Virus record (IMG/VR): IMGVR_UViG_3300032240_000412
Location: 32,423-96,422 of that record
Source: a virus
Length of the DNA stretch: 64,000 bases
Direction: 5' to 3' (one strand)
Below the pieces are notes generated by a model that was not told the origin of the DNA, searched no databases, and saw only the letters and a list, made by a program, of their open reading frames with translations. Shown here one piece after another: positions 10,501 through 21,097 of this stretch. Position numbers and translations under genes: made by a program. Position 1 is the first letter of the stretch; each line of letters opens with the position of its first letter.

Positions 10501-13500
10501 ACCAAGGCAACTAATGCATTAACCATTGTTGGGCCAGTTCCTGGTCCAAGCAATTTACGAGATATTGATATTCGTGGTTCCAGCGGCAGTATTTTACAGC
10601 ACTCTAGCAGTATGTTATATCAATCGTTGTTTGTTACCAACAACGATACAAACCTGTTTAACAGCTTAGAGTACGCTGAAAAAGAATACAATAAATTTAA
10701 AAACAAATTTTTAGAATTATCAGTAAAAAACAACTACGATACCACAAATGCCGGCAAGACAGTTGACGCAATCTTGACAGAAATAAACAAGGTCAAAAAC
10801 GCTAGCTATCCGTGGTACTACAGCGACATGGTACCATACGGTGACAACTTTAAGGTAGCAAGACCAACCTATACAATCTACGACAACGGTATTACAGAAA
10901 TTGAAATTAGCAGTATTTTTAACAATTATGTTTCCAGTAATAAAGCCTTGTTGGTTTATTATACCAGTCAGGCTGTTTCTGGCAAAGCCGCGTTCCAGGC
11001 AGGAAGTAATGTTATCGCAGTTGACATTACTTCGTTGTCAAATTACTCACAATTAGCAATACCTACTTATACTCAACGTGCATACATTGGTACTGTTATT
11101 AGTGGTGATGGTATTCCACCTGGTACAACAATTATAGGTGTTGACGTCAATACTTTTACGATAATATTATCTAATCCGGTCACTACAACGGGTGTATTTA
11201 AAATTACTACTACTCCAACCACAAGGCTGTTGGTATTGGGAAATGATTATATATTTAATCAGACTCGTCCTACTATTGTGTTGGACCCCAAGTTTTATTC
11301 ATTGATTGGAGACATGATAGATGTAGTTGAATATACCAGCACAGATGGTAATTACATTCCAGAAACTCCTACTAAATTAGGATTATACCCTAAATTTACT
11401 CCTGGTATTTTCCTAGATGAAACATACCAAACTCCTGTAAAGGTAATTCAAGGTCATGACGGCTCGCTAACTCCAGCATTTGGAGATTTCCGTGACGAAC
11501 TACTGCTAGAATTAGAAACTCGAATCTATAATAATATCAAATTACCATATAGAAGCGACCTATTCAATATTTCAGAATTAACGCCAGGTAAATTCAGAGC
11601 CACTGACTACACGCTAAAAGAATACAATCAAGTATTGACAAGATCATTTTTGCGTTGGGTAGGCGAACAACAAATTGACTTCACTAGCAATAACACATTC
11701 GATGGTGGTAATCCGTGGACTTGGAACTATAGCAAGACCACAGACAGTATAAACGGTGAAAGATTGCCTGGATTCTGGAGGGGTATATTTAAATATTTCT
11801 ACGACACAGATCGTCCGCATACACATCCTTGGGAAATGTTTGGTTTCAGTGAACAACCAGCTTGGTGGTTATATCGTTACGGTGAAGCGCCATACACAGG
11901 AAAAAATTCCCAACTGTGGGAAGATGTGGAAACTGGATTTATTGCAGACCCTGCAAATCCTCGCTACGATATAAAGTTTGCACGTCCGGGCATTTACAAA
12001 AGTATTCATAAAAGCATAAATTTTCTACCGGTTGACGAATTTGGTATTCTAAGACCACCTTCTGGTTTTATATCTGCTGACACAACTGGATTTAATGCCG
12101 GCGGCAGTTTTGCAATTGGCGACTGCGGCCCAGTTGAAGCGGCCTGGCGTCGTAGCAGTAGCTATCCGTATGCAGTACAACGCACAATGGCACTGTTAAA
12201 ACCTGCGGCGTATTTTGGTAAATTAATTAACGTCAACAAATACAGTAATAATAATCCAGTTGGCCAGTTCTTGTTAACAAACACTAATCAACGTATCAAA
12301 TCAACAGACGTAGCAATCAACGGAGAAACAGTCAATGGAACTATCTCTCGAACAGCAGGATACATTAATTATATTTCTGATTATCTAAAAAGTCGCGGCA
12401 TTGATCCATACAACAATACCGGTGTTGGAGTTAGTTTGCGTAACTATCTAGATAATATCACAATTCAGCTTGGATATAAAGTTGGTGGATTCACTGACAA
12501 GAAACTACTAAAAACATTGGCAGAACACAGCAGTCCGAGCAGTACAAACACAAGTATTATTATACCCGACGACAACTATAAGATTATTTTAAACAAATCA
12601 ACGCCAATTAAAAAGTTTGTTTATAGCGCAGTGATAGTTCAAATATCTGAAACAGGATACACAGTCAGCGGGTACAACAGTAAATTTCCGTATTTTACAA
12701 TCATACCAAGTATCACCAATGGCAATGCATATACAATCACTCAGTTGAATGAGTCGGGCATTATCTATAGAGATTATCAGAACTTAAAATTAACAGTTCC
12801 GTATGGCTACGAGTTTAAGACTCGTCAACAGGTTGTTGACTTTTTAGTAAGCTACGGTAGATACTTGACCAGCCAAGGTATAAACTTTGATGACTTTGAT
12901 CCAGAGTTACAACAACGTCCAGACTTTGTTCTAAGCGCAAACGAATTCTTGGCCTGGAGCCAGCAGGGATGGAAAAAAGACAATCTAATTGTTCTTAGCC
13001 CAATTAATAATACTTTGAGTTTAATCACCCGAGATTCTGTTGTTGATGCTATTGATAACTCATTGAACGGTAGTAGACTATTAGACCAACAATTTGGAGT
13101 TATTCGCACAAGCGACTTGTCGGTGGTCAGAGATGACACTAATTTTAGTGTAACAAGCATAAACAAAACACCAATTTGTTTGGCAGAACTAGATTTAGTG
13201 CAGTACGAACACGTACTGTTATTTGATAATACTACAGTGTTCAACGATGTTATCTATTCTCCAGCATTGGGAAATAGACAGTCTCGTCTAAGGCTTGTGG
13301 GATCCAAAACTGCCGACTGGACAGGTAAATTGGCACCACCGGGATTTATTTACAGTAGTGATAAATTCCAAACATGGCAAGTTGGCAGAGACTATCGCAA
13401 AGGCGAACTGGTAGAGTACAAAAATAATTACTATGTTGCATTGGATGATGTAACCGCGACTGACAGATTTAAAGCAACTGAATGGAAATCGTTAGACAAA

Positions 13501-16500
13501 GCGCAAATCAAGTCTGGCTTATTACCTAATTTTGCTACTAATGCTCAACAGTTTGAAAGCTTCTACGATGCCGACGAAAGACCTGTTAGCAGTAGCCTGA
13601 ATAAATTTGGTAGCGGACTAGTAGGGTTCCGTGCAAGAAATTATCTAAGTGATCTAAACATTGATGAAGGAACACAATTAAAATTCTATCAAGGTTTATT
13701 GAAACAAAAAGGTACCAAAAATAGTATTGACGCACTAACAACAGCAACCTTTAGCAATATGCAAGGTGCACTGGATCTCTACGAAGAATGGGCAATACGG
13801 GTTGGCGAATTTGGTGCACTTGACACTAATCAATATTTTGAAGTCAATATAACGCCCGACGTAAGTCAAAAACTTGTTTGGCTCAACAACGATCCTAATC
13901 AAATACAAAAAGATACAGTCATTGTTACAAACGAAACACTGAATAAAAAATCTAATTTGTATCAACCTACATTTTCTAAAAACAGAGATAGAAGTACCTA
14001 TTATCAAGACGATATTGCTACTGCTGGCTTTGTGAATCTGGCCGACATTGATGACACTATTTTTAATCTACAAAATTATAAAAACCTAGATTCTGTTTTG
14101 AGCAAGATGGGATCTGGATATAAAATTTGGACAGCCAAAGACTTTAGTGGAAATTGGAACGTATACCGCGTCAGTGAAACAAATAACTATGTTTCGTCAC
14201 TGAGTTATGCATTAGACAATTTAATGGAATTTGAAACAGTTGCTCCGCATGGACTGACTGTAGGAGAAGTAATTGCTGTTAAAAATCTTGATACAGCATT
14301 TAATGGAGTATACCGAGTAAGTCATGTAACAGACCTAACTCACTTCAATGTATTAACTACAACCGAGCAGGCCAAACAACTTTCTCAATCTGCAATTAAT
14401 GGCAATGGCACATTGTTAAAAATGGAATCAATGAGATTCTCAAACTTGAACGATATCAAAGACTACATCCCAATGAACGGTTGGAAAGCCAAAGATAAGA
14501 TCTGGGTTGAAAATGCAACATCAACAGGCGAGTGGGGAGTGTTTAATAAAACTACTAGTTTCTTGTATAATACCAGTATTGCCAAACGTCGAAGCGACTA
14601 TATCCCACAAGGCAACGAAAACTTTGGTTATGCAGTAGCACTGAATTCTGACAATTCGTTAATGTTTGTTGGTGAACCGGGTAACGCATCTGGCACTGTT
14701 CGTGTTTATTCTAGATCCAAGTCCGGCGACTATGCTTATGCAACAGTATTGTTGCCATCAATTCACGACTTTACTTACTCCGCTACACTAACTCCAAGTT
14801 TGGCTGAGTCTGAAAAATACGGTGCCGCAGTTGCACTAGGACACCTAGTAGGAGTAGTAGGCATTCCAGCGGCCAGCCGAGGCGGTATCCCTGGTATTGG
14901 TGCAGTTGAGATCTATCAACAGGTAGCGGCCAATGTGCTGGCATTGAAACAGACCATTGTTCCTCCAAACTATCGCGGGGACACTAACTATGTGGAATTT
15001 GGTTGGAGTGTGGCAGTCAGTCAAGACGACCGTTGGATATATGTTGGAGCACCTGGCGACAATGCAGTACACTGCTATGGTCTACAGTACGCTGAGGCAA
15101 AAACTGACACACTAGATGTTAATCCCAATCAATCAGTATATACTCTACCTTTTACTCCAGCCAACCCTGACAGTATTACTATCATTAGCAGTCGTCGAGC
15201 ATTGGTTATTAACAATGATTATACATTGAGTGGTAATCGAATCACATTCTTGGTTACTACCTATACAGATACGCTGGTTATTATTCAAAACAGCTACTTT
15301 GCTTATGTAGATTCATTGAAATTAGATGATAACAATTACCAATATAGTCCAACTGACAGATTTGGTCATGTTGTAAAATGCAATGCAGACGGCACTAAGA
15401 TTTTAGTTACTGCGCCTGGAAGAAATGTTTTTAAATCAACCGGCGACGGACTACGTCCTGGTCAAATTGAAAACTCCGACACAGCAGTTGGAGCAGGGCA
15501 AGTCTTTACATTTGATCGTAGTGTTGAAAAATTTGTTGCCAATGGCAAAACAAATGCATTTACACCACGTTATGCAATCCCAACAATTTATTCTGTTAAA
15601 AAGAACGGAGTTACACAACAGGCCGGATTGCAAAATGATTACTACATTGGCAACGGCACAGTATTCTTTTTGAAAACACCCGACAGCGGCGATGTAATTG
15701 AAATTGATACCAATAACTTCAATTTGATTGATGCTATTAGTGCTCCCGAGATCACTCCGTACGCAGAGTTTGGATCAAGTGCAGACATTACAAAAACTGG
15801 AGATAGAATTGTAGTTGGCGCACCTTACTACTCTGAAGGTGCATATAGAAGTGGACTAGCACATACCTATTACGACAGAACAAAAGTTAATGTTATCAAT
15901 GGAATGGTACCTAACCCAGTTTCCTTAGTTGATAGCTCACTTAAAATCAATGGAGCATTTGTTAACTTTCCAATTGGTGCAGATGCATCACGCATGACAA
16001 CATTGATTAATCAAGCACGTATCCCAGGCGTTGTTGCCGCCTTGGTCAATAGAGCTATAACTGTCAACGATTATACTGTTACCAGCAATCACGTCAAAAC
16101 ATCCCCAAGCGCACAGCTTGTTGGCACCTTTGCTAACTTTATACAAATTACCTCAGTATCAGCGTTGGAAGTGTTGCCCGACACCGGTGATGCAATGACT
16201 TGGATAGGTCTACAGTCACATCAATTTGAAAATACACTACTGAAACCTTATACCAGCCAAGAACAAGAGTTCTTTGGAACAGCAGTGGCCATTGCAGAAG
16301 AAACAAATCAAATTTTAGTAAGCAGTGAAGGCGCAACCAATTATTTTGTTGGCAAGTATGATACAGGATTCACTGTTGATCAAGGATCTACAACATTCTT
16401 TGATAGCATAAAAAATAGCGGATCAGTATATTCATACGACTACCTAGAGAATTATAATACCTACTCTGGAGACTATGTGTTTGGCCAACAGCTGATTCCA

Positions 16501-19500
16501 ACAGATCTAATGCCAAATGTGGAATTTGGTAAGAGTGTTGTGGCCAACAAAGGCATGATAATTGTTGGCGCACCAAACGATAGTACCAACGTTGTCAATG
16601 GCGGTATACTGCATAAATTTATTAATTTAGACAACACTAGCAGTTGGCAAAAGATTAGAAGCGAAGAGTCGATAGTCGATGTAAGTAATATTGTTAAGTT
16701 GTTTACATACAAGAACTCAACACAAAAGATACAGTCGTACCTTGACTATATTGATCCTATTAGCGGAAAAATCTTAGGTGTAGCAGAACAAGACCTAGAC
16801 TTTAAAACAGTATTTGACCCAGCGTCTTATAATATTACAACTCGCACAGATGTATCAAATAATGCAGAATACTATTGGACTACCAACTACGTTGGCAAGC
16901 TATGGTGGAATTTGGATTTAATCAAGTATATTGACTATCGACAAGGTGAGTTATTGTACAGAGCGCAAAACTGGGCAAGACCGTTTCCTGGTTCAACAAT
17001 ACAAATTAACGAATGGGTACAGTCAGATGTGCTACCAAGCAAATGGGTATCGAGCGGAAAAGACGGTATTCCATTACATGCCGATGACAGCGCATACGTA
17101 CAAGATGTTTATGTAGATCGTACCACAGGAGTAATTACAACCAAATATTATTTCTGGGTATCTAATAGAACCACTGTGGCAACCGGTAGCAATAAAATTA
17201 ATAGTGCATCCGCGGTTCAAAGTTTAATTGAATCTCCAAGAACACAAGGCATTAATTATGCGGCGTTCTTACGCAACGATGCGTTTAAATTATTTGGTTT
17301 AGAAAATACCACAGACACAGACATTATTCTGCACGTTGACTATTCAATTCAGAATACTGAAAATTTAATTCACACTGAATATAATTTGGTGCAAGAAGGC
17401 AATCCACTGAGTGCTATTCCTCCTAAGATTTATTCCAAGATGGTTGACAGTATCACTGGATTCGATGAGGCAGGCCGAGTAGTACCAGACCCAACATTGT
17501 TGGCGTCAGACAAAATTGGTACAAGTATTCGCCCAAGGCAGACACTAATCAAAGACAATATTGCGGCAACAGAAAACTTTATTAGATATATTAATTCTGT
17601 GTTTATTAAAAATCCAATAGTTGAAAGATTTGATATTGGGCAATTCTTGTCAGAAGAACCTGTGCCAATGGCACCGATTACAGACGATCGTGGATTATTG
17701 GTTGGTGAATGGCACAAACAAGTTGCAGTATACGAGGATTTGAGTTACCTTGACTTAGCTACAATTCCCTACAGTGGTAATCAAATACGAGTACTAGTAA
17801 CAACAGTGACAGCACAAGACAATCTATGGGCAATATATTCATACGATTCGGATACTGCATCTTGGAACTTGTATAGAATACAAGCATACAAAACACCATT
17901 GACATGGGAGTACGCAGATTGGTACGATTCAACGTACAATCCTACTGTGCAACCCACGCATGTTGTTGCAACATACAAAGACGTTAAAACAATCAAAGTG
18001 TCAGTCAATGATACTATTAAAGTAAACAACGACGGCAAAGGTAAGTTTGTTATCTATCGTGTTAACTCTGACTATCGACTTGATCTAGTAGGATACGAAA
18101 ATGCTACTATACAACTTGGATCTTTGTTTTACGATATTGCTACAGCTAAAACAGGATTTGATGGCGCAAACTTTGATACATTACGGTTTGATCACAATAC
18201 CAGTGTTGAGTTGCGTAATATCATGAAAGGTATTCAAGATAATATATTTGTTGGATATCTAGCAAATGAATTTAGTAATTTATTCTTTGTATTGGTCAAT
18301 TATATTTTAAGCGAACAAAACAGCGTTGACTGGATATTTAAAACCAGCTTTATTAGTGTAGTTCATAAACTAAGAAAACTAGCACAATATCCTAGTTATA
18401 TCAGCGATAATCAAACTTACTACGAAGATTACATTAACGAAGTTAAGCCGTATAGAACAAAAATTAGAGAATATCTGTTGAACTACAGCGGAACAGACGT
18501 AGTACCAAACGATATAACTGACTACGATCCTTTGGTAAAATATAATTTTAACACTGGACATTTTTACAAACCAGAGTTGCCAACGGGAGTAGCAGAAGCC
18601 GCAAAATTCAGTATTGCGGAACTACAAATTGCTAAAGCTGGCACAGGATATTCATCAGAACCAGTGATTACAATATCTGCTCCAGGCGGACTTGGTAAGC
18701 AAGCAAAAGCTCGCGTGGTCATTGACTATGTGACAGGAAAGATTATTGATACCATCATAATAGATGCAGGATCAGGATACACTACCACTCCAGTGGTCAC
18801 TGTGGATGGTAATGGTTCGGGTGCAATACTGTATGCCCAATTGGGAAATAGCCCAGTTCGTAGTATGCTGACACATATCAAGTTTGACAGAATTTCTTAT
18901 AACAGCCCAGTCAAACGTTGGCCAGGCACAGGAGAGACTACCACATACCATAATGGAGATATTGTAAGTGCAGAAGGAACTGCTTATCAAGCATACAGTA
19001 CTGTTACAGTTAGCAACAAAGTCTTTAATCCGTCGTTGTTTACCAAAGTTGACGCCAGCACGTTTACAAATGCCAATGACCGAATAACTTCATACTATTA
19101 TAGTTCATTGGGACAACCCGATTTGGATCTAAAACGTTTGGTCTCTGGCGTTGACTACCCTGGTAACTATATCACCGGCTTGAAGTTCTTAGAAAACAAA
19201 GGTGAAATTGAAGTCAACCTTAGTGTCAGATCAGACTCTGTATCTGGTTCCAGAAACTTTGAGTGGTGGGCAGGCAATGCCACAATTACCAATGTTAGTT
19301 TTACAGCAGACGGTACTCAAGCACCAAACTTGCCAACTAAAACATATGGCTCTGGTGACTTGACATTGGTTGCTACACCTAATTTAGGGTATAGAAATCA
19401 AGTTGTGTGGGCGCCATTGACTGGTTATCTTAAAGACCAAGTAGTACGTTTTGAAGGCAAGTACTATACTGCTCGACCTAAATATCCTCCTTATGTTAGT

Positions 19501-20358
19501 CTCTACACAGATAACACCTGTACTACATTCTCTCAGTGTGCAGACGAATTTGTTGAGATATCTTTGTATCCAAATGCTGGAAGCTATCTAGTTGACAGCA
19601 TCAGTAATACTGGTATCACTTTGTTGAACGCCAGCATTAACCAACAGCTAGTTGGTACCAGTCAGACTGATGGTCCTGGATATTTCTTAAAATTAGTCTA
19701 CAATATTCCAGCACCGTATCTAGATCAAGAAGATACTTATATTGATGGTGCTAAGTTCACCGATGGAGAACCAGAAGTAACAGACGTTATTCTAGATGGT
19801 GGCAAGTTTTACGATACCTATAGCAGTCATGCACCAGAAGAACTAATTCCGGGAGTCACATACGACTCGTTGGTGATGAAGGTGTTTACACAAACGCAAA
19901 ACGAAATTCGTTTAACAACCGGTATTGTGATTCCGGCTGGTACATTGCTGGGCTATGTACAAACAATTGACCATGCTGGAAACTTTAAGTTTACTAGAAT
20001 TCGACAATCTAACACTACAACACTAGCGCAAGATTTAAATGCGTTAGATACCAGTATGGTTGTGACTGATGCCACTGTGTTGCCAAATCCGGATACAGTA
20101 TCAGGTAGACCGGGCATAGTATGTGTCAATGGCGAAATTATCAAGTATTTGGAATTAGACAGAGAAACCAATACAATATCACGTTTAATTCGTGGTGCTA
20201 ACAAAACAGGCTGGCAAACAACTGTTACAGCTGGTACAGTAATTACTGATATTGGTGATAATAGACTACTGTTAGATGATAAAAATCTATTTTGGTCAGC
20301 TTTCCAATTGCAGTCTGATCCGGATCCCAGTTATGATCCAGGAACAGCACACATATGA
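7549..20358 (+). CDS. Giant (4,269 aa) baseplate-associated structural/adhesin protein
   Basis: Uninterrupted 12.8 kb ORF after the gp6-like gene. It contains QKGTKNSI, seven FG-GAP-like repeats, three CBM5/12-like repeats, IAKAGTGYSSEP/IIDAGSGYTTTP repeats typical of myovirus wedge proteins, and a C-terminal GEIIKY...RG motif. Confidence 0.75.
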   Translation: MAAVKTINFLPEIFRSNANTKFLNATLDQLVSEPSLDKINGYVGRQFSPTYKTSDNYIIEPSARRQVYQLEPTVVVNDPNGTPQFLGTYIDLLQKLEYYGAYTGNQDRLFAQENYSFNPLIDFDKFINFSQYYWLPYGPNLVSVSAAPETVLGGGTVTATDLMYSRTEKGFTVSYNNSSSQENPTLYLERGITYTFNPMTTGTEFWIQTEPGLSGTKKTQPGVSTRDVLGVNNNGATNQAITFTVPLATAQDQYVKMAVAQPLPGKNVTFACELAFSQIHNQLLSQINLIGGISGNTTTNKNNIDGKFLVFLPVNATTQVYSPDGLFDYDPEGYDGFKFDGGRAVPPGVLSAYQVFDPWAIPGAFDKYRFGEDNIGFDEGLRPDVQPGDGAAVDPQQRYGIWRISATPTSDGLDTLIQLSYAGDINFNNKVYITSGLYSGFEFYKDSSGLLSKVPAITAPLDTFYYQDGMSEMLAGQIKIIDPLSISLDVEEKILGQTAYTSPNGIEFTNGMLIQFDSTVTPAKYTNGLFYVEGVGTGIVLSNYNDLATPDSGVLTASASYDASAFDVTGYDAAAGTGGALDYITINRSSIDGNAWSRSNRWFHIDVIKKTAEYNKTVPLLDQVKRANRPIIEFNPHVQLFNHGRQFKSPVQILTTTVTDAFNQIENKPIGTELDGTPLDAGLRIIFANNVDKIYRNKIFVIKQKEIAGLKTIHLVQDSDSEILEGHQVLVTAGANIGMAFYYNGTDWIESQKKYGVNQAPLFDMFDQDGNSFADANIYYGSTFTGTKIFSYGVGSGTVDYNLGFPLKYRNFNQIGDIVFDNNYDIDSFTYLVQNVTVPVKINSGYAKINNGLDKFVYSNNWYTNTYPSRQYQVITNFYTDTRYFEVDINPMSATMMMGGGHTKVFVNNKYIGANFTETNVKRIKTIVINDNVTLSPGDKIDILIHSLDVSKMGYYQIPDNLDYNAQNQNFSELTLGQMRNHISTKATNALTIVGPVPGPSNLRDIDIRGSSGSILQHSSSMLYQSLFVTNNDTNLFNSLEYAEKEYNKFKNKFLELSVKNNYDTTNAGKTVDAILTEINKVKNASYPWYYSDMVPYGDNFKVARPTYTIYDNGITEIEISSIFNNYVSSNKALLVYYTSQAVSGKAAFQAGSNVIAVDITSLSNYSQLAIPTYTQRAYIGTVISGDGIPPGTTIIGVDVNTFTIILSNPVTTTGVFKITTTPTTRLLVLGNDYIFNQTRPTIVLDPKFYSLIGDMIDVVEYTSTDGNYIPETPTKLGLYPKFTPGIFLDETYQTPVKVIQGHDGSLTPAFGDFRDELLLELETRIYNNIKLPYRSDLFNISELTPGKFRATDYTLKEYNQVLTRSFLRWVGEQQIDFTSNNTFDGGNPWTWNYSKTTDSINGERLPGFWRGIFKYFYDTDRPHTHPWEMFGFSEQPAWWLYRYGEAPYTGKNSQLWEDVETGFIADPANPRYDIKFARPGIYKSIHKSINFLPVDEFGILRPPSGFISADTTGFNAGGSFAIGDCGPVEAAWRRSSSYPYAVQRTMALLKPAAYFGKLINVNKYSNNNPVGQFLLTNTNQRIKSTDVAINGETVNGTISRTAGYINYISDYLKSRGIDPYNNTGVGVSLRNYLDNITIQLGYKVGGFTDKKLLKTLAEHSSPSSTNTSIIIPDDNYKIILNKSTPIKKFVYSAVIVQISETGYTVSGYNSKFPYFTIIPSITNGNAYTITQLNESGIIYRDYQNLKLTVPYGYEFKTRQQVVDFLVSYGRYLTSQGINFDDFDPELQQRPDFVLSANEFLAWSQQGWKKDNLIVLSPINNTLSLITRDSVVDAIDNSLNGSRLLDQQFGVIRTSDLSVVRDDTNFSVTSINKTPICLAELDLVQYEHVLLFDNTTVFNDVIYSPALGNRQSRLRLVGSKTADWTGKLAPPGFIYSSDKFQTWQVGRDYRKGELVEYKNNYYVALDDVTATDRFKATEWKSLDKAQIKSGLLPNFATNAQQFESFYDADERPVSSSLNKFGSGLVGFRARNYLSDLNIDEGTQLKFYQGLLKQKGTKNSIDALTTATFSNMQGALDLYEEWAIRVGEFGALDTNQYFEVNITPDVSQKLVWLNNDPNQIQKDTVIVTNETLNKKSNLYQPTFSKNRDRSTYYQDDIATAGFVNLADIDDTIFNLQNYKNLDSVLSKMGSGYKIWTAKDFSGNWNVYRVSETNNYVSSLSYALDNLMEFETVAPHGLTVGEVIAVKNLDTAFNGVYRVSHVTDLTHFNVLTTTEQAKQLSQSAINGNGTLLKMESMRFSNLNDIKDYIPMNGWKAKDKIWVENATSTGEWGVFNKTTSFLYNTSIAKRRSDYIPQGNENFGYAVALNSDNSLMFVGEPGNASGTVRVYSRSKSGDYAYATVLLPSIHDFTYSATLTPSLAESEKYGAAVALGHLVGVVGIPAASRGGIPGIGAVEIYQQVAANVLALKQTIVPPNYRGDTNYVEFGWSVAVSQDDRWIYVGAPGDNAVHCYGLQYAEAKTDTLDVNPNQSVYTLPFTPANPDSITIISSRRALVINNDYTLSGNRITFLVTTYTDTLVIIQNSYFAYVDSLKLDDNNYQYSPTDRFGHVVKCNADGTKILVTAPGRNVFKSTGDGLRPGQIENSDTAVGAGQVFTFDRSVEKFVANGKTNAFTPRYAIPTIYSVKKNGVTQQAGLQNDYYIGNGTVFFLKTPDSGDVIEIDTNNFNLIDAISAPEITPYAEFGSSADITKTGDRIVVGAPYYSEGAYRSGLAHTYYDRTKVNVINGMVPNPVSLVDSSLKINGAFVNFPIGADASRMTTLINQARIPGVVAALVNRAITVNDYTVTSNHVKTSPSAQLVGTFANFIQITSVSALEVLPDTGDAMTWIGLQSHQFENTLLKPYTSQEQEFFGTAVAIAEETNQILVSSEGATNYFVGKYDTGFTVDQGSTTFFDSIKNSGSVYSYDYLENYNTYSGDYVFGQQLIPTDLMPNVEFGKSVVANKGMIIVGAPNDSTNVVNGGILHKFINLDNTSSWQKIRSEESIVDVSNIVKLFTYKNSTQKIQSYLDYIDPISGKILGVAEQDLDFKTVFDPASYNITTRTDVSNNAEYYWTTNYVGKLWWNLDLIKYIDYRQGELLYRAQNWARPFPGSTIQINEWVQSDVLPSKWVSSGKDGIPLHADDSAYVQDVYVDRTTGVITTKYYFWVSNRTTVATGSNKINSASAVQSLIESPRTQGINYAAFLRNDAFKLFGLENTTDTDIILHVDYSIQNTENLIHTEYNLVQEGNPLSAIPPKIYSKMVDSITGFDEAGRVVPDPTLLASDKIGTSIRPRQTLIKDNIAATENFIRYINSVFIKNPIVERFDIGQFLSEEPVPMAPITDDRGLLVGEWHKQVAVYEDLSYLDLATIPYSGNQIRVLVTTVTAQDNLWAIYSYDSDTASWNLYRIQAYKTPLTWEYADWYDSTYNPTVQPTHVVATYKDVKTIKVSVNDTIKVNNDGKGKFVIYRVNSDYRLDLVGYENATIQLGSLFYDIATAKTGFDGANFDTLRFDHNTSVELRNIMKGIQDNIFVGYLANEFSNLFFVLVNYILSEQNSVDWIFKTSFISVVHKLRKLAQYPSYISDNQTYYEDYINEVKPYRTKIREYLLNYSGTDVVPNDITDYDPLVKYNFNTGHFYKPELPTGVAEAAKFSIAELQIAKAGTGYSSEPVITISAPGGLGKQAKARVVIDYVTGKIIDTIIIDAGSGYTTTPVVTVDGNGSGAILYAQLGNSPVRSMLTHIKFDRISYNSPVKRWPGTGETTTYHNGDIVSAEGTAYQAYSTVTVSNKVFNPSLFTKVDASTFTNANDRITSYYYSSLGQPDLDLKRLVSGVDYPGNYITGLKFLENKGEIEVNLSVRSDSVSGSRNFEWWAGNATITNVSFTADGTQAPNLPTKTYGSGDLTLVATPNLGYRNQVVWAPLTGYLKDQVVRFEGKYYTARPKYPPYVSLYTDNTCTTFSQCADEFVEISLYPNAGSYLVDSISNTGITLLNASINQQLVGTSQTDGPGYFLKLVYNIPAPYLDQEDTYIDGAKFTDGEPEVTDVILDGGKFYDTYSSHAPEELIPGVTYDSLVMKVFTQTQNEIRLTTGIVIPAGTLLGYVQTIDHAGNFKFTRIRQSNTTTLAQDLNALDTSMVVTDATVLPNPDTVSGRPGIVCVNGEIIKYLELDRETNTISRLIRGANKTGWQTTVTAGTVITDIGDNRLLLDDKNLFWSAFQLQSDPDPSYDPGTAHI

Positions 20359-20380
20359 TCCTGAGGGGGTAAATTCGTGA

Positions 20381-20386
20381 TAAATA
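20381..20386 (+). promoter_or_regulatory. T4-like late promoter box TAAATA
   Basis: GATAAATA just downstream of the giant ORF stop. Confidence 0.55.
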
Positions 20387-20418
20387 ACCATATAGATAAT
20401 AAAGAGCTCGAACCCGAA

Positions 20419-21093
20419 ATGACCAACGAAAATACACCTATAAAAAAGAAACCAGACGAAATGCCTGGTATCTATGTACGTGGACACATTAAAATATTTG
20501 ACCCAGAAAACGGCGAAGTATTTGTTGATAAAACTAATGCGATCCACTACGAAAACATTTCAGAAGCTATTGCCCAAACTTTGTCAAATAAAGGTACAAA
20601 CTTTATCGCTGAAATGGTATTTGGCAACGGTGGAACCAACGTTGACCCTACAGGGGTTATTAACTATTTGCCGTCAAATACGTCAACACAGAACGCTGAC
20701 TTGTACAGTCCAGTATTTTTTAAAAACGTAGACGACACTAGTACATTAAACGTTGACCCAGCAAGAAATAAAATGACAATTAATCACACTCCTGGTCAGC
20801 TATACTCTGACATTGTTGTTAGTTGTCTGTTGGACTACGGTGAACCAAACGTAAATAGCCCTGGTAACCTTTTGGGCGTTAATCAGTCTGCATTTGACAG
20901 CAGTGTTTACAATAACGGCGGCTTTGTATTTGACGAGTTGGGACTCAAAGGATTTAGCGCCGCAGGACAAGGTATGGGCAAATTGCTAACCCATGTGGTT
21001 TTTCACCCGGTGCAAAAATCACTAAATCGACTAATTCAAATTGATTATACTGTAAGAATTCAAACACTAACTAACCTTAGTGCAATAGGATAA
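20419..21093 (+). CDS. Virion structural protein (baseplate/tail-fibre attachment)
   Basis: Motifs GHIKIFD...NAIH...MVFGNGG...FDELGL...THVVFHPVQKS...IDYTVRI. ATG 20419 is preferred over GTG 20377, which overlaps the late box. Confidence 0.6.
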   Translation: MTNENTPIKKKPDEMPGIYVRGHIKIFDPENGEVFVDKTNAIHYENISEAIAQTLSNKGTNFIAEMVFGNGGTNVDPTGVINYLPSNTSTQNADLYSPVFFKNVDDTSTLNVDPARNKMTINHTPGQLYSDIVVSCLLDYGEPNVNSPGNLLGVNQSAFDSSVYNNGGFVFDELGLKGFSAAGQGMGKLLTHVVFHPVQKSLNRLIQIDYTVRIQTLTNLSAIG

Positions 21094-21097
21094 TAAA

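Noticed and set aside
7549-20358. Intein or diversity-generating retroelement target explaining the size of the giant ORF
   Set aside because: No intein C/S...HN motifs or LAGLIDADG were noticed, there is no reverse transcriptase in the window, and no TR/VR repeat pair was seen by eye. A self dot-plot would be needed to exclude this fully.
20377-20418. Longer starts given by the ORF track (also 30203, 49075, 53990, 55005, 55438, 56594, 60026, 60304)
   Set aside because: They run into promoter elements or upstream genes; the downstream ATGs have better RBS or translational coupling.
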